Shown here: piece after piece, positions 63,411 through 64,000 of the stretch
Numbering within the stretch: the first letter of the stretch is position 1
How the letters are laid out: each line of letters opens with the position of its first letter
Origin: Octopus sinensis
Lineage: Eukaryota
NCBI RefSeq assembly: GCF_006345805.1
Contig: NC_043000.1
Location: 5,642,001 to 5,706,000, forward strand
Length of the DNA: 64,000 bases
Reading direction: 5' to 3'
Notes under the pieces: generated by a model
The model's database searches: none
What the model saw: only the letters and a program-made list of their open reading frames with translations
What the model was told of the DNA's origin: nothing
Translations under genes and position numbers: made by a program

Positions 63411-64000
63411 TCGATGCCAACCATCATTGACAAAATAACAGCGGCTAAATTTAGATATCTACGAAGTTTCAGTCAAGATATTGGCAACAGTTAGATCCGC
63501 TACTTGATATTCATATATATATATATATATAAATATATATTATGCTAAGGGAGAAAATATGGAAATATAAATAACTTGTAATAGGTTGAGGAAAATCGAC
63601 GGCATGATGAAAGAATATAGCGTTGATGAAAGATACGGTAAACTAGAACTGTAAAAGAAAAAATATATACATTATTGTAGAACGAAGCAGTTAAGATTGC
63701 ACCGGTATAAAACACATGCTTACAATCTCTGATTTCAATAAGGCACTGACGTCAGCGATTGAAATAAGAGCTTAAGCGAGTCATTCCTCGCCGCCATTAC
63801 GTTTACGTATACATGCACACACACAAACGCACACAAATACACACATATACACAAACACATGCGCGTGCATACACCTATACGTATATGTATGTGTGTATGC
63901 ATATATCAATGTATATATATATGAATTTGTGTGTGTATGTATATATATATATATATGTACATTCATATATACACGCGTGCGGATATATACATACATGCAT

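Overview
This is AT-rich, repeat-saturated eukaryotic DNA, intronic or intergenic, with no intact protein-coding gene visible. The SINE and microsatellite content resembles an Octopus (coleoid cephalopod) genome; this is recognition from memory, not a database result. Almost all ORFs in the supplied track are translations of microsatellites or SINEs. The window holds dozens of tRNA-headed SINEs in four working groups that I label A-D. It also holds an internally deleted Chapaev3-type DNA transposon with TIRs and a TTA TSD, non-autonomous Helitrons, and mariner, piggyBac and pogo-type remnants. LINE remnants include a HERO-like RLE element, RTE fragments and a Dong/R4-like 3' end. A 5S rRNA-derived copy is fused to a SINE/LINE tail, and there is a Penelope-type remnant with a decayed hammerhead motif. 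The most unusual signal is repeated local copy-and-paste of 170-310 bp segments over 0.3-5 kb that carry unique flank with them. Two of these copies are bounded by target-site duplications, and one carries a splice-site-bounded 27-nt microexon-like cassette. A second signal is head-less SINE multimers with the same junction at five loci. Several small exon candidates exist but are unproven. SINE coordinates are approximate to about 10 bp.
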